From Squalus acanthias (lineage: Eukaryota), in contig CM059432.1 of the NCBI GenBank assembly GCA_030390025.1, forward strand, positions 147,934,001 through 147,998,000: a stretch of 64,000 nt of DNA, read 5' to 3'. A program made the position numbers and the translations under genes. Each line of letters opens with the position of its first letter. Position 1 is the first letter of the stretch. This document shows, one piece after another, positions 24,113-36,963 of this stretch. The notes beneath the pieces are model-generated. The model was not told the DNA's origin. It was given only the letters and a program-made list of their open reading frames with translations, and ran no database searches.

Positions 24113-24736
24113 CTGTTTCTCTCTCCACGGATGCTGCCTGGCCTGCTGAGTTTTTCCAGCGTTTTCTGTTGTTATAACAGCTTGACATAGTTATACTCAC
24201 AGAATCATATCAGTCAACATCCCAGACACCTCCATCACTATCCCTGGGTACACCCTGTCCCACCAAAGGTAGGGACAATGGTATACAGTCAGATGGGAGT
24301 GGCCCTGGATTCCTTAGCATTGACTTCAGACCCTATGAAGTCTCGTGACTTCGGGTCAAACAAGTACAGAGACGTATCCTACTGATCACCACCTACTGCC
24401 CTCCATCGACTAACGAATCAGTACTCGTCCATGTTGCGCATCACTTGGAGGAAGCTCTAAGAGATGCAAGAACACAGAGTGTGCTCTGCATGGGGTCCAC
24501 CACCAAGAGTGGCTCAGCAGAACCACCACTGACTGCATTGCCTGAGTCCTGAAGGAGATAGTTGCCAGATTGGGCCTCCATCAGCTGGCGAAGGAAACAC
24601 ACAAGGACGTAACCCAGTTGACCTCATCATCACAATCCTACATGTCATAAACATATTTGTCCATGATAGCATTGTTAGTAGTACAGTCCATGTGAAGCCA
24701 AAGTTTCAACTCCACTATCCCTACACCTAATCTGCT

Positions 24737-25000
24737 TGAAATAAAAACAGAAAATGCTGGAAATACTCAGCAGGTCAGGCAGCATCTGTGGAGAGAGAAA
24801 CAGAGTTAACGGGCTGGATTTTGTCTTGGGGTCGGGTTGGGGTCGTGTCATCCGCATTTCATGTTCCCCCCGACTCTAGATTAATGTGGATGAATGGTGG
24901 AATTTTCACTTAATTGGGCAATTGAGTTGCAGCATGTGGGAACCCATGAACCAATTAGTGGTTTCAGTCTGAAAGTCGCCTCTGATGATGTCATCATTGC

Positions 25001-25038
<38 letters not shown>

Positions 25039-25365
25039 GATAGATTCACATCAGGCGTACTTCACGTCGGAAAAAGGTTAAACTAGCTAAAATGTTTCAA
25101 AATGGCATTACAGAGCCAATTTAGGGCTTGTTAAGGGCTTTAATGGCCTCTCCCGCCTCTTGGAGGTGGGACGGAGTCGGGAACCCCGCGACTGATTTTG
25201 TCAAAATTGTGTGGAGGCGGGATGGGGTCGGGACCCCCGACTCTGCAAATTTAACCCCCCACACGCCTTCAAACCCAACTCCATGGGTCATTGAAAATCC
25301 AGCCCAACGTTTCAGGCCGATGACCCTTCAGATTTCCAGCATCCGCAGTATTTTGCTTTTGTATT
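24737..25365. mobile_element. Penelope terminal fragment interrupted by a MITE
   Basis: GAAATAAAAACAGAAAATGCTGG..CAGAGTTAAC | MITE | AACGTTTCAGGCCGATGACCCTTCA, followed by the inverted end CAGCATCCGCAGTATTTTGC. Confidence 0.75.
24811..25305. mobile_element. Harbinger-type MITE with internal (GA)n
   Basis: Perfect 12-bp TIR GGGCTGGATTTT/AAAATCCAGCCC; 3-bp TSD AAC (24808-24810, 25306-25308). Confidence 0.88.
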
Positions 25366-25644
25366 AGTGTTTAATTCACTGCCACCTAATTTGCTTGGTT
25401 GTTTTTCAGAATTATTTCAAGATTGCTGACTGAATTTTGCTACTTAAAAATAAAAATAAATGTTATTGAGCATCCATGTTTTTATTTACCATTCTACCTC
25501 GACATAGGCACAGATTGTAGTCTGTATATTTATTTATAGAACTGTGATATTTACTTATCTAAGTGAAACTGGAAGGATGGGTGCGATCACCGAATGACAA
25601 GTTTACATAGGCAGTTTCAATTAGAAATGTGGATATAGGAATTT

Positions 25645-26062
25645 ATCATTGGAATTTAGAAGAATGAGAGGTGATCTTATTGAAACATATAAGATACTGA
25701 GGGGGCTTAACAAGGTAGATGCAGAGAGGATGTTTCCCCTCGTGGGGAAATCTAGAACTCGGGGGCACAGTTTCAGGATAAAGGGTCGCCCTTTTAGAAC
25801 TGAGATGAGGAGGAATTTCTTCTCTCAGAGGGTCGTAAATCTGTGGAATTCTCTGCCCCAGAGAGCCGTGGAGACTGGGTCATTAAATACATTTAAGGTG
25901 GAGATAGACAGGTTTTTGCAAGATAAGGGAGTGAAGGGTTATGGGGAGCGGGCAGGGAAGTGGCTTTGAGCCCAAGATCAGCCATGATCTTATTGAATGG
26001 CGGAGCAGGCTCGAGGGGCCAAGTGGCCTGTTCCTGCTCCTATTTCTTATGTTCTTATGTTG
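25645..26062 (+). mobile_element. CR1 3' fragment
   Basis: EFRRMRGDLIETYKIL..FFSQRVVNLWNSLP; TTCTTATG tail repeats. Confidence 0.92.
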
Positions 26063-26274
26063 TAAAATACATTACTAGTAGATCTCCCACATGGGGAGTC
26101 AAGAACATGTGTAGTCTTCAGGTAAAGTGGAGTTAAAGAACCGGGGATAATTGAATCAGTGCTTGCAGGCATAATGCAGTCTTGATTTTAAAGTCAGTTA
26201 TTCCACCCTTATTTTAAATTAATTTTGATTTGATATTATTATCTATTATCTAACTTTGATTTCTTAAAAATCTA

Positions 26275-27187
26275 GGGGGAGAAATTCAGTATCGCCCCGT
26301 TTGGGGCGCAATTATTGGCCGGGCGCAAAGATTAGCGCCTGGCGCTAATTATCGCCTCCGACTGCAAACTTGACTTTTATCGCCCCTGGAGGTGATTGGA
26401 GCGCTTAATCAGGCGCTACACATCTGTCTTAAGGCGCAAAGGCCGAGGAGCGAGGCGCTTAGTCAGAGCGCTGGCGAACCTCATTTGATGTCAGTCAGCA
26501 ATGGAACACAGATACAATGGCCCCGGCCAGTTCTTAAAGGGGAGGGTTGATCTTGCTTTCCATCCACATCCTGCCCATTGCAGCCTTGAATCTCGGCCTG
26601 GAGAGACCTGTACATCAAATCTGCTGGAAAGAACAATGGAGAGGCCCAGGGAAAGAGCTCAGACTGCAGCCCCCACAGTCTCTTCTAAATCGATACAAGG
26701 AAGGTCAAATCAAAATGAACCTGCAAAGTGCTGCTCAGTACCCAAAACTCCTTCACACAGCGTTGAATCTCTCCAGAAGTCTCTCTCTCTCTCTCTCAGA
26801 ATGCGTGGTTCAAAAATGTCGCCAACAAAAAAAGGCAGGTAGCTAGCGGCAGGCGGTAAGGCAGGGGGCGCCACTCAATATCCGCTCCGGGGCGCTACCG
26901 GGGTGTTGCGCACTTGACTGACGTCACGATCTGCCGGCGCAGGAGATCGTGGCGGTAGTGTTTTGCGCCGCCACAAAATGTCTAGTTAATTTCGCGAGCG
27001 GCGCAAACATCGCCGCCCCGGGTGCTGGATGCTTTGCGCCCCATTAGCGCCCTCTTAAGGTGCTAACGGGAGGCGCAACGGTGGGGCCAGATTTGCCGCG
27101 TGGCGTTGGATTCGCCTCACCCTGGTGCTACTGCATCAGCGCTCCATCACCGCCACCTGCAGGCGCTAAGCTACTGAATTTTTCTCC
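26275..27187. mobile_element. Harbinger non-autonomous element, copy 1 of a two-copy family
   Basis: TIR GGAGAAATTCAGTA / TACTGAATTTTTCTCC; highly similar to 41513-42402. Confidence 0.85.
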
Positions 27188-28020
27188 AAAAATGTTTTAT
27201 GAGTTTATTTTTTTAATTGTCATTTTTATCAGGAATTGCAACTTCTACTATCCAAAATAAGGGTTTAACTAAATTAAAATAAACAAATGACATATTTCAT
27301 AATAATATGATTCAACTTATGCATGGTCAGGTCAGACTCAGACTGTGAGTCCCCTCTCGCAGGCCTCTGCCTCAATTACATTTTTATCTGAAGGCACTGC
27401 TCTCTCTCAAATGCCTGAGTTTGGACTTGGCCCCGATTTTAACTCCAGGTGGATTCCACGCTCAGGCTGGAGTTAAAATTACAGTCGGGTCTCAATTATA
27501 TCATCGGGCCGCAACATGCATATGTAAAGAAGGACCCTGTTGGCTCCGGGTGCGTGTCCTTGCTGCCTGCAGATGTTTCGATCATGGTGGCTTTCGGACA
27601 GGTAAGAGCCATGGGGGGTTTTAACTGCCCACCTGGCAGGTTTCTGCTGAGCGAGTAGGGTTAAAGTCACCTCCTGCAGATCTGTGACTCGAGCAGCTGA
27701 ATTTGGATGGTGCAGTTTAGAGTATGTGTAATGTACCTAGTTTCCCAGGATTCATCATCACTGTTCAGTCAGCTGTACGGAAGGAATATTTTTCTTCAGC
27801 TTCTAGCAGTATCTGCTCAAATGTTTTTCAAAATTATGTGAAGAAAAGCCAGAGCACAAATTTCAAAACCTTTATTCAAGTGAAAATTATATTTAATGTA
27901 CTTTCTTAAAAAACAGGTGTGTTTTGAAGCAAACAGCATCATGTTATTTAATTGATTTTCACCTGTGTTATGCTGATAGAAATTGCAAAAATGTTAATTG
28001 CTAGCAACTGTTGGACACAT

Positions 28021-28778
28021 TGGCTGGAATTTTAACTTGGAGGTGTGTGGGGAGCAGGAGGCTGCAATGCAGACCGTGTTTCCCTCATGCCCTGCCAAAT
28101 TTAACGGCAGAGACTGATTAACATTTTGAATCTCTGTTACCCACCCGCAGCTAGCCAGATTGAAAGGCTGGCTGGCTGGCTGCGGGCGGGTAGGCCTGTG
28201 GCACTAGGCTGCAGAGAAGAGGGAGGGAGAGATCGGGGTGGGGCGGGGAGGGTGGTGCCAGAATGCCGGAGGGAGGATCGGAGGGTTGAAGGGAGTGGGA
28301 AGGCTGGAGGGGGGGGGGGGGAAGGTCGGAAGGCCAGAGTGGGATCGGAGGCCGGGGGCCGAGGGTCGAAAGGCCGGAGGGGGGATCGGAAATTGGAGGC
28401 CAATCTTGGGAGGGTGGGGGTCGGAGGCCTCAGGAGAAGGTTGGGGGAGATGGGTAGGGTGGGGGCTTTTCCGATCGCGGGGGGTTGGTGAGGCAGAAAC
28501 GCTGGATCCAGCAGGTAAGTGGAAAGGCACTTACCTCCTGGATCCAGCAGTCCTCGCCTCCCTTTAGCTGGCAGGTTCCCCGTTATGCTATTTAAAGTGC
28601 CAGCCCTACCTCCTGTGAGCCAATTGGCTGCCCAACACCCCCCCTCCCCATCCCGCCTCCGTTAAAACCGGAAGTGGTCGGGTTGGAGAAGGGTTGGGGT
28701 CGGAATTCAGATTTTTAGCTCTTTAACCTCCCACCCGACCCCAACCCATCCGTTTTTTGGGGGGTTAAAATTCCCCCC
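28021..28778. mobile_element. Harbinger-type MITE with G-rich interior
   Basis: Ends (T)GGCTGGAATTTTAAC / GTTAAAATTCCCCCC; candidate TSD CAT. Confidence 0.7.
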
Positions 28779-29289
28779 CATAGCAACACAGAAGTTGAGG
28801 GACGAGACAGAAGCCCAGAAAGTCCATGGGGAGTCTCGCACCCTCTGTGCTGTAACTCCAGCAGGAGACCAGTGGAACTTCTTGGGAAACAAAGTAAATC
28901 GCTATTCCCTGGGGCTCTGCTGGTTTCCTGCTGGACTGACAGTGGGAGACCAAGAGAAGCTTCACAGAATTTCAGGGTCTTTTGCTTCATTTAATTTTTT
29001 TTCAACCAAAAACAAATGAGTTTAATTTTGAAAGCTTTAATTACCACCTGTGTTTTGTTGCTAGTTAGCAGTTAGAATTTTTCCATTTTTAGAGCTGTGA
29101 GAGAGAGAGACAGACAGACAGAGACAGGGTCAGAGATAAGGGTACATTGCCCAGAAACATATCAGGAAAAAACAACATTCGTTTACAGAGGTTCCACAGA
29201 AAATCACAAAGCAAGTGATTCCCCCAACTAGTGTTGCCAAGTACATGCCCTACTCCCCCCCCCTCACTGGTGACATTAGAAATTTCCTT

Positions 29290-29822
29290 TTTTAAGGAGG
29301 GATATACTTGCATTGGAGGCAGTTCAGAGAAGGTTCACGAGGTTGATTCCGGAGATGAAGGGGTTGTCTTATGAAGAAAGGTTGAGCAGGTTGGGCCTAT
29401 ACTCATTGGAGTTTAGAAGAATGAGAGGTGATCTTATTGAAACAGATAAGATTCTGAAGGGGCTTGACAGGGTAGATGCAGCGAGGATGTTTCCCCTCAT
29501 GGGGGAATCTAGAACTAGGGGGCATAATTTCAGAATAAGGGGGCACCCTTTTAAATCGGAAATGAGGAGGAGTTTCTTCTCTCAGAGGCTCGTGAATCTT
29601 TGGAATTCTCTTCCCCAGAGAGCTGTGGAGGCTGGGTCATTGAATATATTTAAGGTGGAGATAGACAGATTTTTGAAAGGTAAGGGAGTCGAGGGTTATG
29701 GGGAATGGGCAGGGAAGTGGAGTTGAAGCCAAGATCAGATCAGCCATGATCTTATTGAATGGTGGAGCAGGCTCGAGGGGCCAAATGACCTACTTCTGCT
29801 GTTACATCTTAAGTTCTTATGT
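29290..29822 (+). mobile_element. CR1 3' fragment
   Basis: EAVQRRFTRLIP..YEERL..LYSLEFRRMRGDLIE; CR1 tail. Confidence 0.92.
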
Positions 29823-30955
29823 AAGTCCAGCAGTGAGCTGTTCAAGCCACAGTTGTGGCAAACTTTAGTTCCATTTTCCATAGTTTTATTAAACTGCAAT
29901 TGCCCCTCCACAGTGATGCCAGATCAAAGCCCAGCTGGCCCTACCTCAGTTCTGTCAAACTATGGGACCATCCACCAGTGCTGCTGAAGTGCAGAACTGC
30001 CTCTATGTGGAGCTGAGCCCCATTCCCAGACTGCACAATCCAAATTCAGCTCACAACATCACAACTCTGGGCAAAAATATCAAAAATATCAGCAGAGGCC
30101 TCAAAGTAAAAACTTTAGTGGAGTTGCTAGAAGAGAATTCAATGAATAAGTTTGATCATGGTATTGTGAAATTTGTATTTTTTTTATTTTGGTGAAACCT
30201 TTATTTTGGACATTAGAAATTTCAGTTACTGAAGAAAAAACTGCAGTTGAATAAAATTGCTGAAAGCATTTCGAGAGAATTTTGGGAACCCAGCAGTCAG
30301 ATTGTGAAACCCAATTGCCGGACTGTACAATGAGAGTGACAAGTTTACATAGGCATTTTTCACTCTTAATGTGGATATAGGAATGTAGAATAGTCGCTGC
30401 ATGTTCTCCTTTAAAATTCTTCTCAAATTTCCTTGTGCTTTTTGAGCCCATCCGCAAACTGCCTACTGAGTGACCGCTGGCCTTATTTGCATATGTCACA
30501 GTGAGGCCCATGGCAGAGCAGCTCTGGGTTTCCTGGGTTTGCTCTGTTCATGCACTTGGGGTAAGTTAGATTGAGATTTATGAGCTGCAGCAGCTGCCAA
30601 GATCAGCCAATATAAGGGAAATGAGGAGTTCCTGACACATAAGAGTCTTGAGATCTTTGAGTACAGATTTCTGCAGCTGGGACATGTTTGATAAAGCATT
30701 TTATTCTTTTGCCATTCTTCTTCTGATTGCTTCTCACAGCGTCAGACCACCGGAAAATCTCCGAACCCCTTCCCCAACAAATAGTCAGGGCTTCCCAGGA
30801 GCAGGTATGGCATTCGATACAGATTGACCAAAGGAGACTCAGGCATTTACTGGAAGAGACATCACAGCACAAGTCATCACTGGAGTCGTCTGTCCTGTGG
30901 AACAAAGTGGGGCTTTAACATCACCACCATCCAACCTTTCAGATAACAGGACTTT

Positions 30956-33398
30956 GGCCGCGATTTTGCCGGCGCTCAGCGGGCGGGTTTGGAGGCGGGT
31001 CCGGAGTTAAAATCAAAATGAGTGACGGCGGGTTGTGAACCTGCTGCCATCCCGCCTCCACGCAACTTTACAAAGTGTTGGGTCTGCGAGTCCCGATCAG
31101 ACCCGACACCAAGCGGCGGGAGAGGCACTTAAGGCTGTTAACAGCTTGTGAACTGCCTACATAATCCCATTTTACCAGGCTCTTCCCATTTTAGTACTTT
31201 TTCAGCATGTTATACGTCGTGCGACAAACACGCCAGCTGATTGTGCCGGGTTCAGCAACTCGCTGAATACTTGAGAGCTGCTCCTGCAGCTTAAAAGCGG
31301 ACCTGTAACATGGCTGACTTTCAGATGACAGAACTTTGTGTTTTGAGGTTTTGGAACACATTTTGCAGATCTATTGAGCTTGTAAGTGTTTAAGCTGAGA
31401 TCCATGTGCACTGTGACCTCCTTGGAAAACCTTCTCCCCACATTGACTGGTCTGGGGCTCTGACCGAGGGCTCCGCAGTGGCCTGGGAGTGTGAGCGCTT
31501 GGAGAGGAGCCCACACTTCCTTGTTGTCGACCACCAACATCCCTCTCATGGGTCACCCGCACTTCACTGCTAGCAAGTAGCTGGAGAGCACTTTGCTGCA
31601 CATCAGTGGGGCCATGAGGACCCGTCTCTGTACTGACAGTCCTCATAACAGGGACATCCATGTACCTCTGGTGCCTCTCCTCAATAGATGCCCATCTATC
31701 CTCCATATCAGACCATCTATTTAGAAGAGTCACCATGTTCATTTGAGTCTGGCGATTTATGTCCTCCATGGAGGTTGCCATCCTTTCCATGGCGGCACCT
31801 ACATTCACCATTGCGTACACCACGACATTGCTCATGTTTGAGATGGACTCCTCCATTCTCTGCACTCTCGCAGTTACCGTGGATGCAAACCCTGTCAGAG
31901 ACTCCTGCACTTGTTCCTGAAGTTCCAGCACTGCTCTCTTTCTGGATGGCCCCAGAGGCACAGCGTCCACATGCAGCTGAGCAGAGTTAGGAGCATCCCG
32001 CGCCCTCCGACGAGGACTCTCCACTGCTGTCCCTGTCTCCACCATCTGCTAATGCTCACTTGTGAGCTGTGTTACACCAGGTGACAACACTAATCTATCT
32101 CACGAATGACCCACCGAGGTGCGCGCCTCTGAGCTGGTGCTGGGTGCGCTCAATTCTGCTGACGCTGCACCCTCAAAGGTTGCAGCTTGCTCTGAGGAGT
32201 CTTCTGGTTCTTCCTCCTGGACAGTGGGGAGGGGGGCTCTCGATGGTCCTGTGGGGGAGTAAAGGCATGAGTTAGACAGGTGATATTAACGCAGCAGACA
32301 CATCCCATTGTGCAGATGATCAGAACTCAATCTGTATGAACATCAGATGCCATATCAGTCACTCATGAAATCTAAATGAGAGGGTTGCAAATGTATTCTG
32401 TCACCTGCTTGCTCTACTGCGCTCGTCTCTCTGTCCCCCACTTCCAGCTCCTCAGCACCTCTGGCGATGTTGATAGCAGCCTCCTCAGCGGTGGTCAAGT
32501 GCGCCATGGAAGGTGGCCCTCCTCCTGTCCTCCCCCTCTTATTGTGGGCTCTCTTTTCCTGCAATGAGGGACACAAGTGGAGTTTGAGCGAGAGTGTTGG
32601 AGTGAGTATAGAGATTCCATAGGCATAGATGCTTAGAGGGAGACAAAGATGGAGTGAGATGCCAATACCAAGGTCCCTCCCTATGCGTTGTTAGTTCTTG
32701 TCATTGCATAACAGTGATAATGAGTGTGAGGAGTGCATAGTAGGATGGTGGAGTGATTCTGTACATAGAGAGAGAGGGATGGTTAAGGGTGCAAGGGATG
32801 TAAGGGTAAAGTGGGATGTGCAGGAGTAGGTTGACAATGCAGAGTGCTGGTGATGAGAAGAGATGGGGAGCTGATTGAAGGTAAGTGTGATGTTATACTC
32901 ACTTTTGCTGAGTGGAGCAGATCATTGAACCTTTTCCTGCACTGAACCCAGGTGTGTGAGCACAAAGACCTGGCGCTCACCTCCTCAGCAATCTGCAGCC
33001 AGGCTGCCTTGGTTTGCTGAGGAGGCTTCCTCCGTCCATTTGAGGGGAACAGAACCTCTTTGCGCCCTCTCACTCCACACAAGCATGGAGGGAGTCATCA
33101 TCGAAACTTGGAGAAGCCTTGGCTCTTGAAGCAGTCATCTTTCTATCAGTAACACAGAGAAGCAGCAGAATGTGAATGAAACACCACAAGGCTGCATGGG
33201 CCCCTTAAATGCAGCTGAATCGAAGACGTCAGCAGAGGTGAGCAGCGGACCCGAACCCACTGATTGGGCCGGGCAACGCGCACGACGGGCTTAATAAGCC
33301 CAGTTAAGGCAAAATAGTTATTTCAGTGCAGCTGAAACTGGCAGTGGGACCAGAACCCGCCGACAAGCCAACCCGACTCCTATGGCAAAATCGCGGCC
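30956..33398. mobile_element. Harbinger copy C: both TIRs intact, transposase deleted, Myb gene retained
   Basis: Perfect 15-bp TIR GGCCGCGATTTTGCC/GGCAAAATCGCGGCC; TSD TTT; deletion junction at about 31450. Confidence 0.93.
31371..33138 (-). pseudogene. Harbinger Myb/SANT-like gene (exons 33138-32903, 32558-32405, 32248-~31451)
   Basis: RKEVLFPSNGRRKPP..AWLQIAEEVSA..WVQCRKRFNDL; canonical GT-AG sites; frameshift in exon 1, TAG near 32050, 3' end truncated by the deletion. Confidence 0.85.
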
Positions 33399-35425
33399 TT
33401 TATCTCAAACCACTACCCATCTTATCGTGTCAGCACCACATAACTGAACCCTTTCTAGTATGACTCTGACCTCCATAAATAACAAAGCACCATGTTAGTG
33501 CGCATTCTATTAAACAACAGTGAATTCCAAAGTGCACGCAACCAACACACCTTTTCTTAACACCGCGCTTCCCCTGGGTGCCGACAGATACCTTTTTTCT
33601 TTTACCTATTATCATGCTTCTTCTAGGTGCCACCTGATGGGCCAGCATTGGTGGAGGTGGCCATGCTGCAAAGAAGCCTCCTGGGACTAAAGTGCCCTCT
33701 TCTCATGTCAGCTTGCTCTTTGGCAGCTGTTTGTCACCTCCTATGTTCCACTGGTGTTAGGAGGGGGCCGACTGTAAACCTGGCATGTGCTGCTGTCCTG
33801 AGGAACGGCTATCATACAGCTGTGACTCTTGGGTGGCTCGGTCCTCTTCACCATCATCACCCCCCTCCTATGTCACCCATTGCTGTGCTGGATCTGCAAG
33901 CAAGGAAGGTACCGGCCAAGAGTGGGTAAATATATCCCCCTTCGGATCAAGGAGACAGAAAAGGGATGCCAGGCTGACGGTGTAAGTGCTCAGGTGCTGG
34001 CAAGATGTTGCCAACCTCGCCATCTCTCATGGCAGGAGCTGAGTGAGTGCCAACTAGTGCCATGACATTTACTCAAAGGGGATGAGGGGTTTAAAAGTGG
34101 GGATGCTAATGGCCTATCTATAGTGGGAATTGAATACCAATTTGTTCTCCAAGAATATAGATTGAATGAGGGTAAGGTTAACAGTGCCAAGTGGGAGAGG
34201 TGAAGTAAGAGATATGAGGGGAGGAGGCTATTAAAGTGGAGGAAGGGTTTTAGAGTTGTGCATGTAAGTAATTGATGTGAGGGAATCTGAGTAGTTATAA
34301 TCCAAGATGCCAAGTGAGAGCACCCCCCCCCCCTACTGTCCCCCCTCCCCCAACTTAAGCAGAGAGCATTGTGAATGGTTAGATGTGAAAGTGTTGCATA
34401 AAGAGGGTGAAGAGGGTGCTGGTGTCCAGAGTGGGCAAGGATGAAAAGGCAGAGATGTCCAAAGTGTTACCTTTCATGTCCTGCTGTGGCTGTGGAACTT
34501 TTTGCTGCATTGTTCTACAGTGCTGTGGGTGAGGGAACAGGCGCTCAGTGTCAGTGCCACCTTCCTCCAGGTAGCATGAGCGATAATTCTGGGTGGCTTG
34601 GTAGCTTGGTGGCAGCTACACCCAGCAGTCCATTTGTCCTGCCTCCAGGAAGGATTGGAGGTCTGAATGAGTGAAGTTGTGAGTTCATGCTTCTCTTCCT
34701 TGGTGCCATGTCCTGTGACCTTCTGGGTCCAGATGGTGTCTGCATATTCATAATTCTGTAGAAGTAAAAGTAAAAGTATTGCTAAGACATTGCAGTGAAG
34801 TTACTTGAGTGAAGTGAAAGAGCCAAGCACTGTTCCTGTCTTACCAGATTGTGCCCCAGTGCCCTACTGAAGAGTGCAGGTTGAACGATCCTTTTAAAGG
34901 CTGGAAGGCTGGTGTCGAAGGGGAGAGTTCAGATTTCTGGGACACTGGCACCATTTTTGGAGCCAGGGAAGGGTGTACAGACAGGATGGCCTTCACCTAA
35001 ACTGGAGAGACACCCATGTCCTTATGGAAAGGGCTGTGGGAAAACAATAAACTAGTTAGAGGGGTGGAATGGGAAATTCATTTGGTAGGTCAAAAAGTGT
35101 GAGAAAAAGGCCAGATGGGCATATGGGCAGGGTGGGGGCAGTTACCCAAACGAGAGTTATGTGCATGAATGTACGTAGCATAAGAAATAAAACAAGTGAG
35201 TCAGAAACACAAATTCAGCTTAAAGGGTATGATGTAGTAGCAATTACAGAGACCTGGCTACATGTTCGGCATGTTTGGGAGCTAAATATTCCAGGCTATA
35301 GGATCTTTAGAAAGGACAGGGAAATTGGGAAAGGAGGAGGAGCAGCAATATTTAGAGATAAAAGACACAATTACAGCAGTAGGAAGAAGGGAATTCAGTC
35401 GGGGTGAACAAACAGAGGAAAACCT

Positions 35426-36963
35426 GGGGGCAAAATTTGGCTCTGTCACGCCCGTTTTTTGAGTGCGACAAGGCCTCTTAAACTACCAAAATGGCGTCCG
35501 TAACGTGCGCGCTCACTTCCAAAGGGAAGTGCGCCGGCTGCCATTTTTGTAAAAGGGTTTTTCCGCGCATGCAGCTAACAACCGTCGACAGCACGCAGAG
35601 CAGGCAGATCATGACGTCAATCAGTGTGTCGTGCTGATTTGACGTCAGCACTGCCATTTTGGAGCTCCCCGCTCCAGCCTATGGGCTCTCTTAACCGTAC
35701 ACAGCTGAGCACGAGTTCAACGGCATGAAGGATCGCCACCAGTGCTGCTTGCAGGTTAGTTGCAGGTTAGTTACGGGATTATTTGTTCCGGCTGTTGCTG
35801 CAATTGAATGCAATTTGGGTGCTTTTTCATATTTGTTTAAAGTTTCAATAATCTACAGGGAGTGGTCTGGCTGGTGCTGAAGTACTTTTTTGGTGACTTA
35901 AAGGCTTGTGCACAAATCAGTTGCTTCCAGACATGGAAGGGCTTCCTCTTGGCATTGAACATTACTGGGAGAATCAGTAGAGGCCACGCAGAGCAGGACT
36001 AGCTGCTAGAAGAGGGAGGAGGAGGAGGGGGAGAAGGGCTCTCAGCAATGCCCCTTCCCATAATGGCCAGCACTGTCTCCTCCATGGGGGTTAAGACATG
36101 CAGGTGCGCCTCTCTCCCCCTCCCGTTAATTCCTGCTGCCTCCCGTTGTGTGTCACCTTCTCCATGTGTCAGTGAGTATCAGGCAATATGTTTGGGTGAT
36201 GTGACTGTCATGGTTGAATAGCTGCCAGTGTGGGCGAGCTGTGAGTTGTGGGAGTGAGGCTTGCAACAGTGTTAAGTGTGTGAGGGTAAGGTAAAGCATA
36301 TGAATATTAGGTATGAGTCCTGATTGATAGAGAATGTTGGTAGGTGAATGTTGGGGGTGAAGTGAATTGAGCAGTGGATGATGTTAGTGGTGCAGTTGGT
36401 AGGATATGGAATTTGAAGATGCACTCCTGACCTTGACAACTCATGTGAGATCATTAAACTTCATCCTGCACTGCATCCAGGTCTTTGGAGCTACACTCCT
36501 GGCATTAACCTCCACCACTATCTCTTGCCTTCTGAGCATGTGTCTAGAGGGTCTATGGCCCCCCTAGAGATACGGGACATCTCTCCTTCTTTCCAGCTCT
36601 TCCATCAAGACCTGAAGTGCAGCATTCTAAAACCTTGGTACACGCTCTCTCCCATAGTCAGCCATTGTTGAATCTTCCACAGCACAATATTCAGAATAAT
36701 CTCAGCACCACTAGCAGCCACTGCACCTCCCCTTTAAGAGGTGCAGGCTAGTTTTAAGTAGTGCTCGGCACTCACGATATTGGGCCCCCTGCTGATGCGT
36801 GCAGCCAATCGACAGCGCGGGGAGCGCTGGCTGCATGCAGCAATCATGGAAATGAGCAGGCAGCAAAAAGTTGGCATCCTGCCTGCAGTGCGATCAACGG
36901 GTGCGGGTTAATCGCGCATCATGATCCCTGCTCCTGTTTTTGGGGTTACCCAATTTGACCCAC
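35426..36963. mobile_element. Harbinger copy D, internally deleted; Myb exon-1 remnant on minus strand at about 36430-36665
   Basis: Ends GGGGGCAAAATTTGG / CCAATTTGACCCAC; minus-strand remnant RERVPRF..ALQVLMEE..WMQCRMKFNDL. Confidence 0.72.

Larger units (their letters stand above)
23696..24175. mobile_element. Palindromic non-coding Penelope-derived element with ~146-bp inverted arms
   Basis: 14-bp TSD AACAGCTTGACATA (23682-23695, 24176-24189); arms about 23731-23877 and 24029-24175 are near-perfect reverse complements. Confidence 0.88.

Noticed and set aside
30603..30918. Exon of ITPRID1/CCDC129 or another neighbouring gene
   Set aside because: Neither strand's translation shows motifs I recognise from ITPRID proteins (for example the LGFG..EPDI region), and splice support is unconvincing.
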